DNA from: Raillietiella orientalis
Lineage: Eukaryota
Assembly (NCBI GenBank): GCA_036172245.1
Contig: JAYWIR010000001.1
Location: 3,410,001-3,474,000, forward strand
Reading direction: 5' to 3'
Length of the DNA: 64,000 bases
Numbering within the stretch: position 1 is the stretch's first letter; each line of letters opens with the position of its first letter. The notes under the pieces were generated by a model. That model had not been told where the DNA came from. It ran no database searches and worked only from the letters and a program-made list of their open reading frames with translations. Of the stretch, positions 14,400 through 25,972 are shown piece by piece. The translations under genes were made by a program, and so were the position numbers.

Positions 14400-15260
14400 C
14401 ATTCGATCCCACGACATTCGATTGTGCTCTTGGGAGGACTGCCTTCCGAGTTTCAGCGACTAGCCGTACTAACAGCCACCGATCCTGGGCGGGGACGCGA
14501 GATACATCCCCTAGCACGTGTCCCATCCGAGTTCCATTTCTGCTGAGTGTGTCTCATCCCCCATCACCATGTTCTTCACGTTTTCTACCTTCTCTTTCTT
14601 TGCGGACACCTTGTCGTTGAGGGCTTTCAGAGATCTTACCGCCCTTGGGTGCGGTGCTTACACCGAAACCAGTCGACTACGTTGGTTTATTAGCGGCAGC
14701 TCCTCTCTTTCCTTCGCTGTGCTTCTTCCAGACGATTCTCCGTATCGTTCACTCGATGTGGCCTGCCTTCCGAAGGAACAGTATCGAGCAGGATGACACA
14801 ACCTTGTTCTGGAGCAGCAAGTCTGGGAGGAATCCGCAGTCAACTTTCGGACCGCCAGCATCCCGCTTCCCTGTGCCATCTCCTTGAAGAGTTCGAGCAA
14901 GTGGTCCTAAAGACTGCTGATGTTGGATTTTAGTCATTCTGTTTTTCTCTTTTTTTCGTGCTGTTGGCAGACTCCTTAGCGTGGGAGAGATACAGATTTT
15001 GTTTCCTCTCCAGACTGGTGACGCTATCGGATTCAGTCGTTTCCAACTCACTCCCATCCATCCCAAAGATCGAGATGGCGAGCTCCACTGGGAATGCGAA
15101 GTCGCCTTGATTCAAGCTCGGTTCCTTCTTTTGTATATGGAGATCTCCTCTCGAGCGATTGCTCTGCGTGTCTGTCTCTATTTCTGCTGTGCTTTTCGTG
15201 TGAGAATATTCTTCCGTTGCCCTCTTGTTGATATTGAGCATCCGTGCTGCAAAAGCCCCC
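14400..15260 (-). mobile_element. Decayed RTE-clade LINE 3' remnant
   Basis: Minus-strand motifs in order: LNINK..T, ENRLEEAQRRKER, KW.(W)MGHV (frameshifted), AQDRW. These are typical of the RTE ORF C-terminus. Confidence 0.5.
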
Positions 15261-15749
15261 TCGCTTCAAGGACGATCCTCATCTTTCATTTTTTGGTTTT
15301 GATTGCACGTTTATTTGAAAAAGAGTTCAAGCAGGTAAGGAAAATTTGCACATTAGTCCACACTAAGGATGTTCATGATGGTCATGGAGAAAGAATGGAG
15401 GCTAATGGATCAGAGCAGAAAGAACTGAGCAATCAGTTTCCCAATTTGCGTGATTTTCTGTGCTTTAGATTTCCAAGTATTAAATTGCTCTGGACCTTCT
15501 TCTTGGAGTTGGATTCTTATATGAAAGTAAGACAACGTGACATTCGTTTTTCTCTCTCTAACTATTTCTGCCAGCAGCCGACGCTACTGATATTGCATTG
15601 GGAACTCCTGTGCAATGTGCACCGCTACCACTTTGACTCGGTTGCTGCAGAGCTTTCTTTTTTTTTAAAAAAAAAAAAGTTGAAAGCAAACAGGCCATTT
15701 GGAGTCATCAGTCACTTCCACTACTTCTTCTGTAATAACCTGCGCATGA

Positions 15750-16600
15750 CGCATGCGAAGTCCTGGAATCTGTCATCCTTCCAAGACCATTTTGCCGAGT
15801 CCGACGTCACTGTAGAGTCGAGGCGAGCAGTCCCTCCTCACTGCTGGCGATCCTCCTCACTGTTCCGGGACGCCGCGTTCCTTCCGACGCGACACGGAGA
15901 CGGACGATCGAGGAAACCGCAGAAAGTCCGTCGCGCGTGAATCTGCGCCGCAGCAGCAGCTCTTCTGGAGCGTCTTCAGGTCGAAATGGATCGGCCGCCA
16001 GGCGCTTCCACACGCTGCGAAAGTCGCCGCATTCCGACAGCTGGTGTGCCGGAAGTTTCCGTTCCACCGCATCATTCGCATTCCAGGGAGACGCTCGCTG
16101 CCTTCCAGCGGCGCCGTCTCATGGGAGTCCCCAGTGTACGAACGGCAAGGTTTCTTCGTGCAGCCACCCTGAGGCGGAGCACAGAACTGCTCAGGTAGAG
16201 AATGGAGAAGGGAGGGAGTCACCATTCCCGGCGGAGGAACCCTCAGGCATTCTGTCCAACGGGCGGATCAGTCGGATGCTGTCTGGGATCTCCATGAAGC
16301 AGGAGGTGTCGTCGCTGATCGGCACAGGCGGCAGTCTCCAAGGAGCTGCACAGACTGACACCCTGCGCATATGCGGACGATCTTCTCTTCTTTTTGGAGG
16401 ACGAATGGGATCAGCATCCGTTTCTGCAAGCAGACCGGTTTCCGATAATGAGGGTCAACGTCCAGAAGTCCCAACTTCTGCCCATAGGAATCCGCGTTAA
16501 CGGAGAAGCGAATCCGAGTGGCGGAGCGAATGAAGAACCTGGCAGTCAGCATGGATGTCTCAGAACCTGTGGCAACAAATCCTGAGGGCAGTCACAAGAG
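15750..16600 (+). mobile_element. Decayed L1/Tx1-like reverse transcriptase core
   Basis: CWRSSSL (WRPISL-like), TAQVENG..SPF, an intact AYADDLLFFL (YADD at 16370-16381) and MRVNVQKSQLLPIG occur in the expected order; frameshifted. Confidence 0.75.
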
Positions 16601-18199
16601 GAAGCGGCCAACCATAGTAAACGGAACGGAGGGAAACGCGAGGGCGTGCAGTCTTGGCAGCAGCCACGTCTTCCTAGCTGTCTCAAGTTCCTAACGTCAA
16701 CGAGCGCTCCGCAACGAGCCGGCTGATTTCCTTCCCCCTTAACCCCCACCCCACCCTTTCTTACAAGTTTGAGATCTCCGAGCCACAGTCTTGCTCTTCA
16801 CATGCGAAACGCATTTTCGGATACGGCGATCCGCTCTCCTACGTTATTTAGGTAACCTTCGAAACGGAGAAAGAGAGAGACAAAGATTCCTGACAGAGGT
16901 CATCCATCTGGAAGAAGAATGAATCTAAGGATGCAGGTAAATGCTACTATGGGGGCTAGGTGATGCGGCGGCTGCAGCCTGGCTCTATAGAAAGCAGGTG
17001 AGTGATGCGCATGCGCCGCCGTCCTTTGTTGCGCTGCTTGCCCTTTTTTTTTCCTGCTGCCTCTTACACCCTTCTCTTCCACTACCATCGTCTATCGAAG
17101 TTTCGGATGCGGAAGTTTCGGAAGTTTCGGATCCTCTTGTAGTTGCTTTCCCCTCCTGCTACCCCCTTCCCTCCCCCCCCCATTCTTCTTATTCCAGACT
17201 CCCACGGCCGTGAAGAACGCATGGGAGCAACCCTCCGCGAAAGAGGAGGTTTGTCAGGAAACTCAGTGCCCACTATCAGGAGGCAGGGGGCACTCGAGCT
17301 CATGGTACTGAGAGACCCGGCCCGTTACGTAAGTGAGCCACGCTCCCGAGTTGCGCTAACCGTTCACTCTCTTCCAGGAGACGAGCTCATGCCAGACGCA
17401 CGGTTCCACTATAGGAAGCTTCGGCGGCTGCAGTCAAGAAGTCGACCGGAGCACCAAGGGGTAAGTGCCCCAACGAAATCCTAAAATAAAGCAACTCTTT
17501 CTTCGTAAAATGTGGATCCAATGGGGATGGACACAACCAGTAGGTGGAGGGCGAGCAAGAAAGGTAAAGGGACACACAAACTGGAGTGGGCATGCACCGG
17601 TCTCACGGCGAGGCTTGTGATATCGGAGGAACGGGAATCGGGCGGAGCACATGACGCAATGGGGGGCTAAGACTTGTTTTCAGGTTTTCTGGGCGTCGCT
17701 TCGTCCTTCTACGCACGAAGGGAGCACAAAATCTTCTTAGCATTGAGCCAATCCTTTCTTTTGATTCGGTGGTTCCCCCTTTTGGTGCACGGCAGAAAGC
17801 GAGCAGAGAGTTGCTGGCGGGTAACCTCGAATCCTTGGTCTCCGTCCTTCTAAGCAGGAGCTCTGGTCAAAGCCTAGGAGAGTTAGAGTACCTTGAGACG
17901 CTGGTCTGATCCTCATGCTGTCTCTGTCGCATCGCTCGCTATCCACGCGACTGAGCGGTGCACGCGAATTCTTTGCGGATCTCTTCCGGGGAAGGCTGGT
18001 GCCCGTTCCCCGTTTCAAAGGAGCCTTCAATGCATCAAGTGAGATAGGGAAGGGGAGGGGGTAGAAGCGGCGCAACAGTAATACCGCATGCGTTTGGTAT
18101 CTCCTGTTTCTTGGAGGCTCCGACGTCCTTTGGTTGGTCACCTCTCTGTTAGTGGTCAGCTTCGAAGGCAGAAAAGGAAGAGAAGCATTCGGTTGCTGG

Positions 18200-20050
18200 A
18201 ATGATCTCCAATTTGTCAAATCCTCTATCCCTTCTGTCCTGGACAAAAGGGACTTGTCCTGTGAGTGGATCCCCACAGAATCCCCTTGGAAAATGTAAAC
18301 GTTCCCGCGGTCGACGGAAAGTTCTGCGCTACCCCTGCAGTATGAGGACCAAGATTTGGCTATCCAGCGCGCTCAGACAGCGTGAGAGCATCCGCCTCAG
18401 GGATAAGACGCTCCCATACCTCCCAGGTAAGGGACTTCTGAAGGGACAGATGTGGCAGCGTCACCCCTTTTTCTGGCAGGGCGTCCTCTACGTTCGTCTG
18501 AGATGCGTTCGAGTGAGAGCAGTAAACCTTTTGGTCAATCCGGCGGTGCCTTGCTCGCTGCTGCCGACGCCATCTTCGGCAGCTGACAGCGATGGAACTG
18601 CAGCCTCCCACCAGGGTCTGTAGTGTTCCAGCTTCAGTTCCTGGCGACCAAGGATTGCTCGGACAGCAGGTACCTTATCTTGCATTGCTTGTCTTGTCCA
18701 CTTTGCTGCCATTCTGCGGGCAGCAGCGGCCTTCGGATCGCAGCTCGCCACCAGCAAACCTTCCCTGCCTACTGCAGGTACGTCGCAAGCAATTACCAAA
18801 GGGAAGATCCGCCTGAAGGACTTGTGCGCTCTGCGTCGCGACGGAGGTCTCAGCCTCCTGACGCTGGAGCGGCTGGAGATGCAGCTCCAGTTGAGGACTT
18901 TAGCCCTAGTGGCGAAGTTATGGAGCACCTGTTGGTGCGAGCCTGCGCGACGCCTGGTCCAGCGAGCCAGCGGCTGCGTGGTACTGTCTACCTTCCTGGC
19001 GTGCCGCCAACGTCGGCACCTCTTCCGTTGCGGAGTGGAGCTTCGGTGCGTGGCCAAGCTGACCAGGATGAACACATGGATCTTGTGCGTCCCGCAAATG
19101 GTACTGCCTGGTTGCAGGAAAGCCTTCGCACATGGGTCCAGAACAAGGAAGCGTGCCCGGAGTTGCGACAGCGACTGCTGCGCTCCTTTTACAACCGCCG
19201 CTCCCTGCAGGACGTGATCGTGCAGCGCGCCTCGCGTGCGGGGGCCGAGAAGACTTCCCTAGCCTCGGCTCTACCATACCTCAGGGAGCACTTGGGCAGT
19301 AGCCAGCCGGCGAAATGGGAAGTCCGATATAGGATCTCTGCAAGAGGGAGAGAACAAGGTGGTTGGACCACGGACCAGCTAACTGACGCTACGACCCCAA
19401 GTGCCCCACCGAAGGGACTATTGCGCTGGGGCGAGCTACTGAGCATTCCTCTGGAAGAACTCGAGTGGCCCCCAGTGCTGAGGAATACCCGGGCTTTCCC
19501 CCTGAAGTGGCAGAAGTCGGCATTTCTGGTGTTGCACTGGGAGTCCCCAGTCCCCAGCAACGCCCTCCGATCTCACTGGACGAGGGGGGCAGTGGACCGG
19601 AATTATGTCAGGTGCGGAGCATAGGAATCCCTCCCGCACCTGCTTCTTGACTGTGTTGCCCTCCGGCTCCTGTGGTTGCGTTTTGCAACGGCTCTAGATG
19701 CACCTTTGAAAGCTCCCAGAGACATGATCAAGCGCTTCTTTGTGCGCGACGCCCTGTCCCCTGCCACAGCGCTAGCGGCCCTTTTCTGCCTACGTGGAAT
19801 AGTGGCAACCTGGAGCAACGCCACTGATGGACAGCGCGATAAAGACGCCATCTGCTTCGCCCTGGACGGAACGTACGCTCTTTCTGAGGACGGCAGCCGG
19901 ATGGCCCCATCTGGGACGTATCCGGATGGAACTTGTCAACACCCTGCAAAGGATGTAGAGGACCGCCTTCAGCGGAGAGTGATCCCTTCCCCGGCCCCTT
20001 CTGCTTTTGTAAATAGTGTTTTCTTTTTTTGTTTTTGTTTGTCCCTTCCC
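18200..20050 (+). mobile_element. Decayed L1/Tx1-like LINE ORF2 C-terminal half and 3' UTR
   Basis: KIRLKDLCALRRDGGLSL (P..GGLG motif) and YVRCGA*ESLPHLLLDC (zf-RVT with a stop and C->Y), followed by a T-rich tail; homologous to 7200-7730. Confidence 0.75.
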
Positions 20051-21039
20051 CCTCCGCTGACCAGTATATCTTCGCCGGCCTGCGTGCCGGTCACTCGGCA
20101 AGTTCCGAGTTTTTTTTGGGAGGGGGGACGTTGTAGGGTCTTTGGCCCTACACATGTATGTTTATTCTGGTAATTAACGCCCCGGCGCATACGGGTGTGA
20201 ATCAAAGAAAAGATACCGACGGACACCAGACCCCTCCCGTGCAGGACGCCTTAAAGTGAGTGCTCTTCGAGTACGGTTTGTCTTCTCCTGCCGACGAATG
20301 CCCACGGTTCACGGCGTCCGCAAGTTTACTCAGAGCCTGAGGAGGCACCGCGGTGCCATGTGGGCACGTAAGCGCAAACCGAGGACGCAGCATCCTCGCC
20401 GCATGCGTGTTGTGCACCGCAGAAGACATGGCTGCTCCTCAGGGATTCCGTCAGAATCCATGAGAGTGTCTTCTGTTTGCTCTATCCTGCAGACATTGAT
20501 TTGCTGCTGCTTCCGTAACTGTCCCTTCTTCAGTTGCTTTCCAGCATCCCATTCAGCTTCCCTACAGATGGTCGGTACTCTTGTGAGGGAAAATCCAGTT
20601 TGCTTTTCGCTTCTCCTGCAGGAAGATCCGCCCCACCGTCCACGACGGTAGCTGTCCGCCGCTCCTGCTCCCGTTGCAGTCGGCGATGATGCACGTTCCA
20701 ATCTGCACCATGGCAACCACTGCAGTTACTCCTTGACACTTCCTCGTGAGCACTAAGCGTTCAAATCCTGGAATGGACACCTGAAAGGTCAGCACCCCTT
20801 CCACCGTTCCACGTCTATGGACAGAGGAAAGCTCCGCCCCATTTCTTTGTTCGCGGAGAATTGCATACGTCACTTTGTCGGTACCACTACCAAATAAAAC
20901 TCAACCACGTTCTGCCACAATGAACCGAACTCATTGAAGTCCGATTCAAAAATGGCCACTTTCCCTTGCTTTTACTCTGAAGCAACGGAGAAGTCGGCAC
21001 ATCACCGCTTTCTCTCCCAATGCCGACGCCCATCGCAAG

Positions 21040-21088
21040 GCGCACGCGCACGCACGCACGCACGCACGCGCACACACACACACACACA
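21040..21088. repeat. (GCAC)n(AC)n compound microsatellite
   Basis: Direct reading; alternating purine-pyrimidine. Confidence 0.95.
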
Positions 21089-21604
21089 AGGAGCAGTGTC
21101 ACGTCAATCCTCTGCTCCAATCAACCTCGCTCCCTTGGCCTAGATATACCTTCCGGGACATCTGCTGTGGGTACGACTTCTTGCATCCGATACCTGCGCG
21201 ACGACGGATACGACACGTTTTCCAAGACTTCTTTTCTCAACTTATTCTTCTGAAACAACTTCCCAGTTGGTCCCTGTGTCAATGCAAAATGCACCCATCC
21301 ATCTGAACTGAAGAACAGGCGCAGTTCACGCCCACCCCTCTGCGTGCTGCATCTTCATTACGGCTCTTCATCCGTCTGTATTCCGAAGAGGAATCGCTCC
21401 TAAACAACCTAAACGACGATGCGCACACGCGAAAAAGAGACCGGGCTAAGATTAAAGAGAGCGTTATTGATGGTAATGAGGGAAATAAGTGGTGGCTTAC
21501 GTAGGAGGAATGGTCATTGGATGGATGTGGTGGTTATTTTGGGTGTTCAGCGTTTAGCGTTCGTTAGAAAGTTCTTTTTGCAATTGCAGCATCGTTAGCA
21601 TTGA

Positions 21605-22285
21605 AGGTTTCTCCTTTATTCCTTTTCTCCCTCCTCCTTTTTTCTTTTCCCGATTTCTCTTTCTTCTGCTACTTTTTTGATCCTTCTGCTCCCTTCCGTC
21701 TTTACTTTTTCTCTCTCGTATTCAATTTTCGCTTTTCTGACTTCTATTTTCTTTTTCCTCCATCTCTTCATGCCCTTCCTTTCTTCCAAATTTCCTCTAA
21801 TTTCTTGCTCTCCTGTTCTTTTTTCCCCCTCCTCTTCCTCTTGCTTTTTTAACTTTTGTGCTCCTCCTTTCCTTATTCCTGCACCTCCCTTCGTACTTCT
21901 TTTTCCCCTCCCTCCTTCCCTCCTCCTGCTTGCCTCCTCTTATATCTAAAATGTTTTTTCTCCCTTTCTTATTCTCTTTTTTTCCGCATTCCCACATTCT
22001 CCATTTCGTTTTCCCTGCTCTTTCCGCTTCCTTCTCCATTCTCCCTGTATTATTTTCTTCCTTCGTTCTTTCTTCTCTTTCCCCTTTTTTTCTCCTATTC
22101 TTCCTCCTAGCGGTCCTACTTCTTTTCCTGCTTCTTTCATTTTGCTGTTCTCTCCTTCCTCCTCCTCTTCATCCTTTCATCACATTCCTCCATTCCTGCT
22201 AATCTTCTTCACCCTTGCTCCTCCTTTTGCTCCCTTTCCTCCGCGCACAGTAACCTACTTCCCAATCCCTTCTTCCTCCTTCTGA
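21605..22285. repeat. Pyrimidine-rich (C/T) low-complexity tract
   Basis: About 680 bp dominated by C and T on the + strand, with no fixed period. Confidence 0.9.
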
Positions 22286-22699
22286 AATCTTTGGGATCGA
22301 ATAGAAAAAGAGAAAAACAAAGAAGGTCCCTACGGCATCTGTCCTTATTTCATTGATCTGCTCTCACCTACTCACACATTTTTTCCAAAACGTCAGCTGC
22401 TGTGTACGCAGGAGTAGCGCTCGCGCGTGGACAAGGGATGGGAGGAGGATGAGAAGAGGAAGAAAAGGATAGGAGTAGGAGGAGGGAGATTTGCCTTCTT
22501 GATAAAGGCAGGAATATGAGCGCGTGGTGCTGCTAGGAAAAGCAGAAAGAAGGAAAGCCAACAACACTTTCCACTACCAACTTCAGTTGAGACCTGTCCC
22601 CCATCTTCGCACGACGGACGGCCCATCATTTGCCAGAGCTCAGGTTCTTTGGCTGCCGGTGTTGCCTCAGGAGCTGCCTAAGGAGAAAAGCAAGCATAA

Positions 22700-24500
22700 A
22701 CTGGGAATATGCACTTTTCAACTTTCTCCTCTCGCCCATCTTCCCTTTAGTCCTACGTTGCATGCATAAGCAAGAGAGGGAGGAGCAGCTATTGCAACAA
22801 AACGCGTACTCAAGCGCCTTCATAGAGTCTGCAGATACCTCTACATTCTTGTTCATACTCCTCTTTTCACCTCTCGAACACACCGACGTGGCAAAAGCAG
22901 AGGTCTCGTGTGATGAACCTGGGAGTGCACGCGTATTCAATGGGGTGACGAGGTCTCTACACTGCCCTTTGCGCAATGACTGATCCTTCGGTCTGCAGAC
23001 TGCAAGCGCACAGGAACAGGGATCTCTCCACATGCCTCGGCACCAGCACGGCTCAGGGGAGAAGCGAAACAGGGAGCCTGAGAGGGACCAGGAAACAAGG
23101 ACAACTCTCCTCACCTCCCCATTCTGGACTCCGCCTTCAAAATCGCCATCAGCAGACGCAAGGCAACACTTCGGGGAACAGATCCAGCTTCCCCTTGCCC
23201 AGAAACGTTGAAACAAACGTTTGCAAAGTTCTCGGGTCTCTGGAGGTTACCTTAAGGAAGCTGCTCGAGGGTCAATGGCTCGAAGATGTGCACACGAACC
23301 GTAACTTTCGGCTCAGGACGGAGACCTCCCGTCGCGCAACGGAGGAGTCCACTTCAAACATGCACAGCGCAACCCTGAGGCACTTCAGCTGCACCATGCT
23401 GCCACACAGGACACATGCGACCTACATTCACTCTTGCCATTTACACAAGTAGTGTTTTCACTCTGGTAGGTGGCAGAAAGATGCAGGGAAGCACGCAAAC
23501 GCCGTGTCCCGGTTGGAAACGTTCGGTCCATCCACAGCCACCAGAAGAACTCACGCTCCTTCGTTTCCCATGGAAACACCGAGAGGACACTCCCCATCCT
23601 TCCTTCCACTGGCTCCCAAACACCCATCATACCGCTGACAAAGAAGGCAACCGGAGTCTCCTTCCATTATTCCACATGCAGGACCCCCATTCTTCGACAC
23701 CGGGTTCCGGAACAAGACTCCTGCTCCTGCCACGAACGCCACTCAGCTACGAAGAACCCAAGTACCACGTCAGCGGAGCGAGCCACCCATGCGTCCCTCA
23801 AGTTTGCGCCCCTCGCGCAGCTGCGCGCCCATGCAGGCCAAAACACACGAAGCACAACCAAGGAAGCGGAGGTTCGTCCGCTTGGGCATTCGGGATGCCC
23901 ATCGCACTCGGCCCGCCGACTTCCGCATCTCCCGGACAAGCGCCTCTGCGCAACGGGGCGGAATTCTCCAGCCCACTGTGCTGAGCCACTCGCTGCGCCA
24001 CCCAACCAACACACTGCGAGACCGCGTGCCAAATCCTCCAGCTGTTAGCCTTCCAGAATCGGAATTCCTTCCAGGTCGGAGGGAAAGAAAGGCCGCCAGC
24101 TGAAAGCGGGCGAGTTCCCACTTTCAGGGTCGCAAGCAGCTTGCGCAGCACGCTGACAGAGCCTTCGTGGTAGGGTGGGAGCACGGGGTGCAACACCACG
24201 CAAGTGTCCTTTCCAACCCCACGGGAGGCGAGGTGTGGCGCCGAAGTCTTTCCGGCATCTCTGACGCAGCACCGGACTGACGCAGGAAGAGTAGCGGGCG
24301 GAGCGCCCATCGCAAAATCAGCAGGAACCGCTCGTTTCCTAAGTTTCCGCTGCTCCTTTCCTCTTCCTCCCTCCTCTCTTTCTTTCACGACGCGCGAGAG
24401 AGTGTCTGAGCAAGAGCGCGACGCTCGAGCCGATCTTCGATTCTCCCACGTGAGATGGCACCTCGACCAGCAGAACATCCCCTTCTCGAAAGATGCAGGG
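22700..24500 (+). mobile_element. Decayed L1/Tx1-like LINE spanning the outer border of the left arm
   Basis: gccttc(g)atagagtc reads as AFDRV with a 1-bp deletion. It is followed by VFNGV..CPL, SGLRLQN, CKVLG, ADKEGNRSL (GGLG-like) and aggtgtggcgccgaag..ccggcatct, which resembles the zf-RVT block at 19608. Confidence 0.55.
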
Positions 24501-25972
24501 CTTCTTTTCCACGACGACCAACGTTCCAGGAGAACCCTCCCACGACGTGCCGCAGGCCTCCGTTCCCGTCTTCCTCGCAGCCCTCTTCCTCTGCCTGAAG
24601 GCCACAAAGGACGCGTTGAACGCGGGTGCTTGCCGCAAGCAGGAAAGCGCTGCGAAGGCGCGTTTACGAGGGGAACGGTGCATCCAAAAGTCCTCCATGA
24701 AGCAGCACTACTGACCCACGAAAACGCAGGCGTAGCAGCGAGATTGCCACGCGGGAGCCCTGCACTTTCTACCCCGGTTCTCCGCGACCTCTTCCCAAGG
24801 GGACCTTCGCACGTGGAGGGAACCTCGGCCTCTTTTCCGGAGAAAGCCAAACGCGCACTCGCAAGCCACCTGCTCCTACGTTCCCAAAACGACTAACCGC
24901 TCCAAAAGTGGCCAAAGAGTTCCTCCGTCTCTTGGATTCAGTCCTGGCTTCTCTTCGCCTTCTCTTTCGCAGCCGGCACCACCGACGGACAGTCAGTCAC
25001 CCGACACCTGCCTGTCTGTCCTTCGTCCCTCTGGACGTTGGCTGCTCGGCGTTTGCACGCACTCAGGCGTGCGCTCCGCGTGCGGTGTAGCGGTGTCAGT
25101 GCCACGATGCGCACGTCGCGGTGTACTTCCGCTCCTCGGATGTTCTCCGCAAGAAACCAACCACCACCAGTGGCCGCACGAAAGAGCGTTCGAGGGGGCC
25201 CTTTCGGTCACTGCCTCGAAAACCAGCGCATCATCGTCAGCACGGTGGCCGCCCGCAGCTTCCAGTTGGATGGCCGAGGAAACGAAACCAGCCCTCTCTT
25301 CCAGTCTTCTCTTCCGGCGCTGCCCGTCCACCGGTGCGCCAGCTCCAGGAGGCGAGCCCATCCGCCGGACAGCACGGGCGACGCGCTGGCCCGAGGATAC
25401 ATGCCACGACGCCCGAGCGGGCAGCACCCTGCGATCGGCGAAACCCCGCCCGGGCGCACGCGCGGGCTCTTCGCATCGGGCCGCGGCAGCGAACCACCTG
25501 CGTGAACGCGGCGACCCCGACCCGCCCGGCAAACGCAAAGTCAGCGCCAGACCCTGCGGGCGCACTTTGGCCTTCCCAGCAGGCGAAGGGTGAACCGAGC
25601 TGCCTGTCCGATTTCCTCTTCCCCAGCGCCGATCCTCCACCCATGGGCGAGCCGTCCTGCCGACGGCGGGCACTGCGTGGGTGGCACACGCACGGCCAGC
25701 GAGCACTCCCAGCAGCCGGTTTCCCTTCCGTCCGCTGCGGCAGAGACGCACCCCGCGCCCCGTGGACGGCGTACTCTTTCCTAAACGCAACAACCAAACG
25801 CCCACAGTGTCCGGTGACCCTTCGGAGCGCTGACCGCCCCACTCGACCGCAGGAAACGCGCCGCCACCCCCACCCCCACCCCCACCCCCTCCCACTACCA
25901 CCTCGGCGAGGATCCCAAGTGAATTCCATCCGTCTATCCGTGGATCCGTTCGCTTCTTTCTTCGCTCTCCAG

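Noticed and set aside
14981-15940. 319-aa ORF on the + strand
   Set aside because: Non-ATG start, crosses a T/A homopolymer run, antisense to an RTE remnant, and has no domain-like signal.
21601-22202. F/L/S-rich membrane-like ORFs
   Set aside because: Translation artefact of the C/T low-complexity tract.
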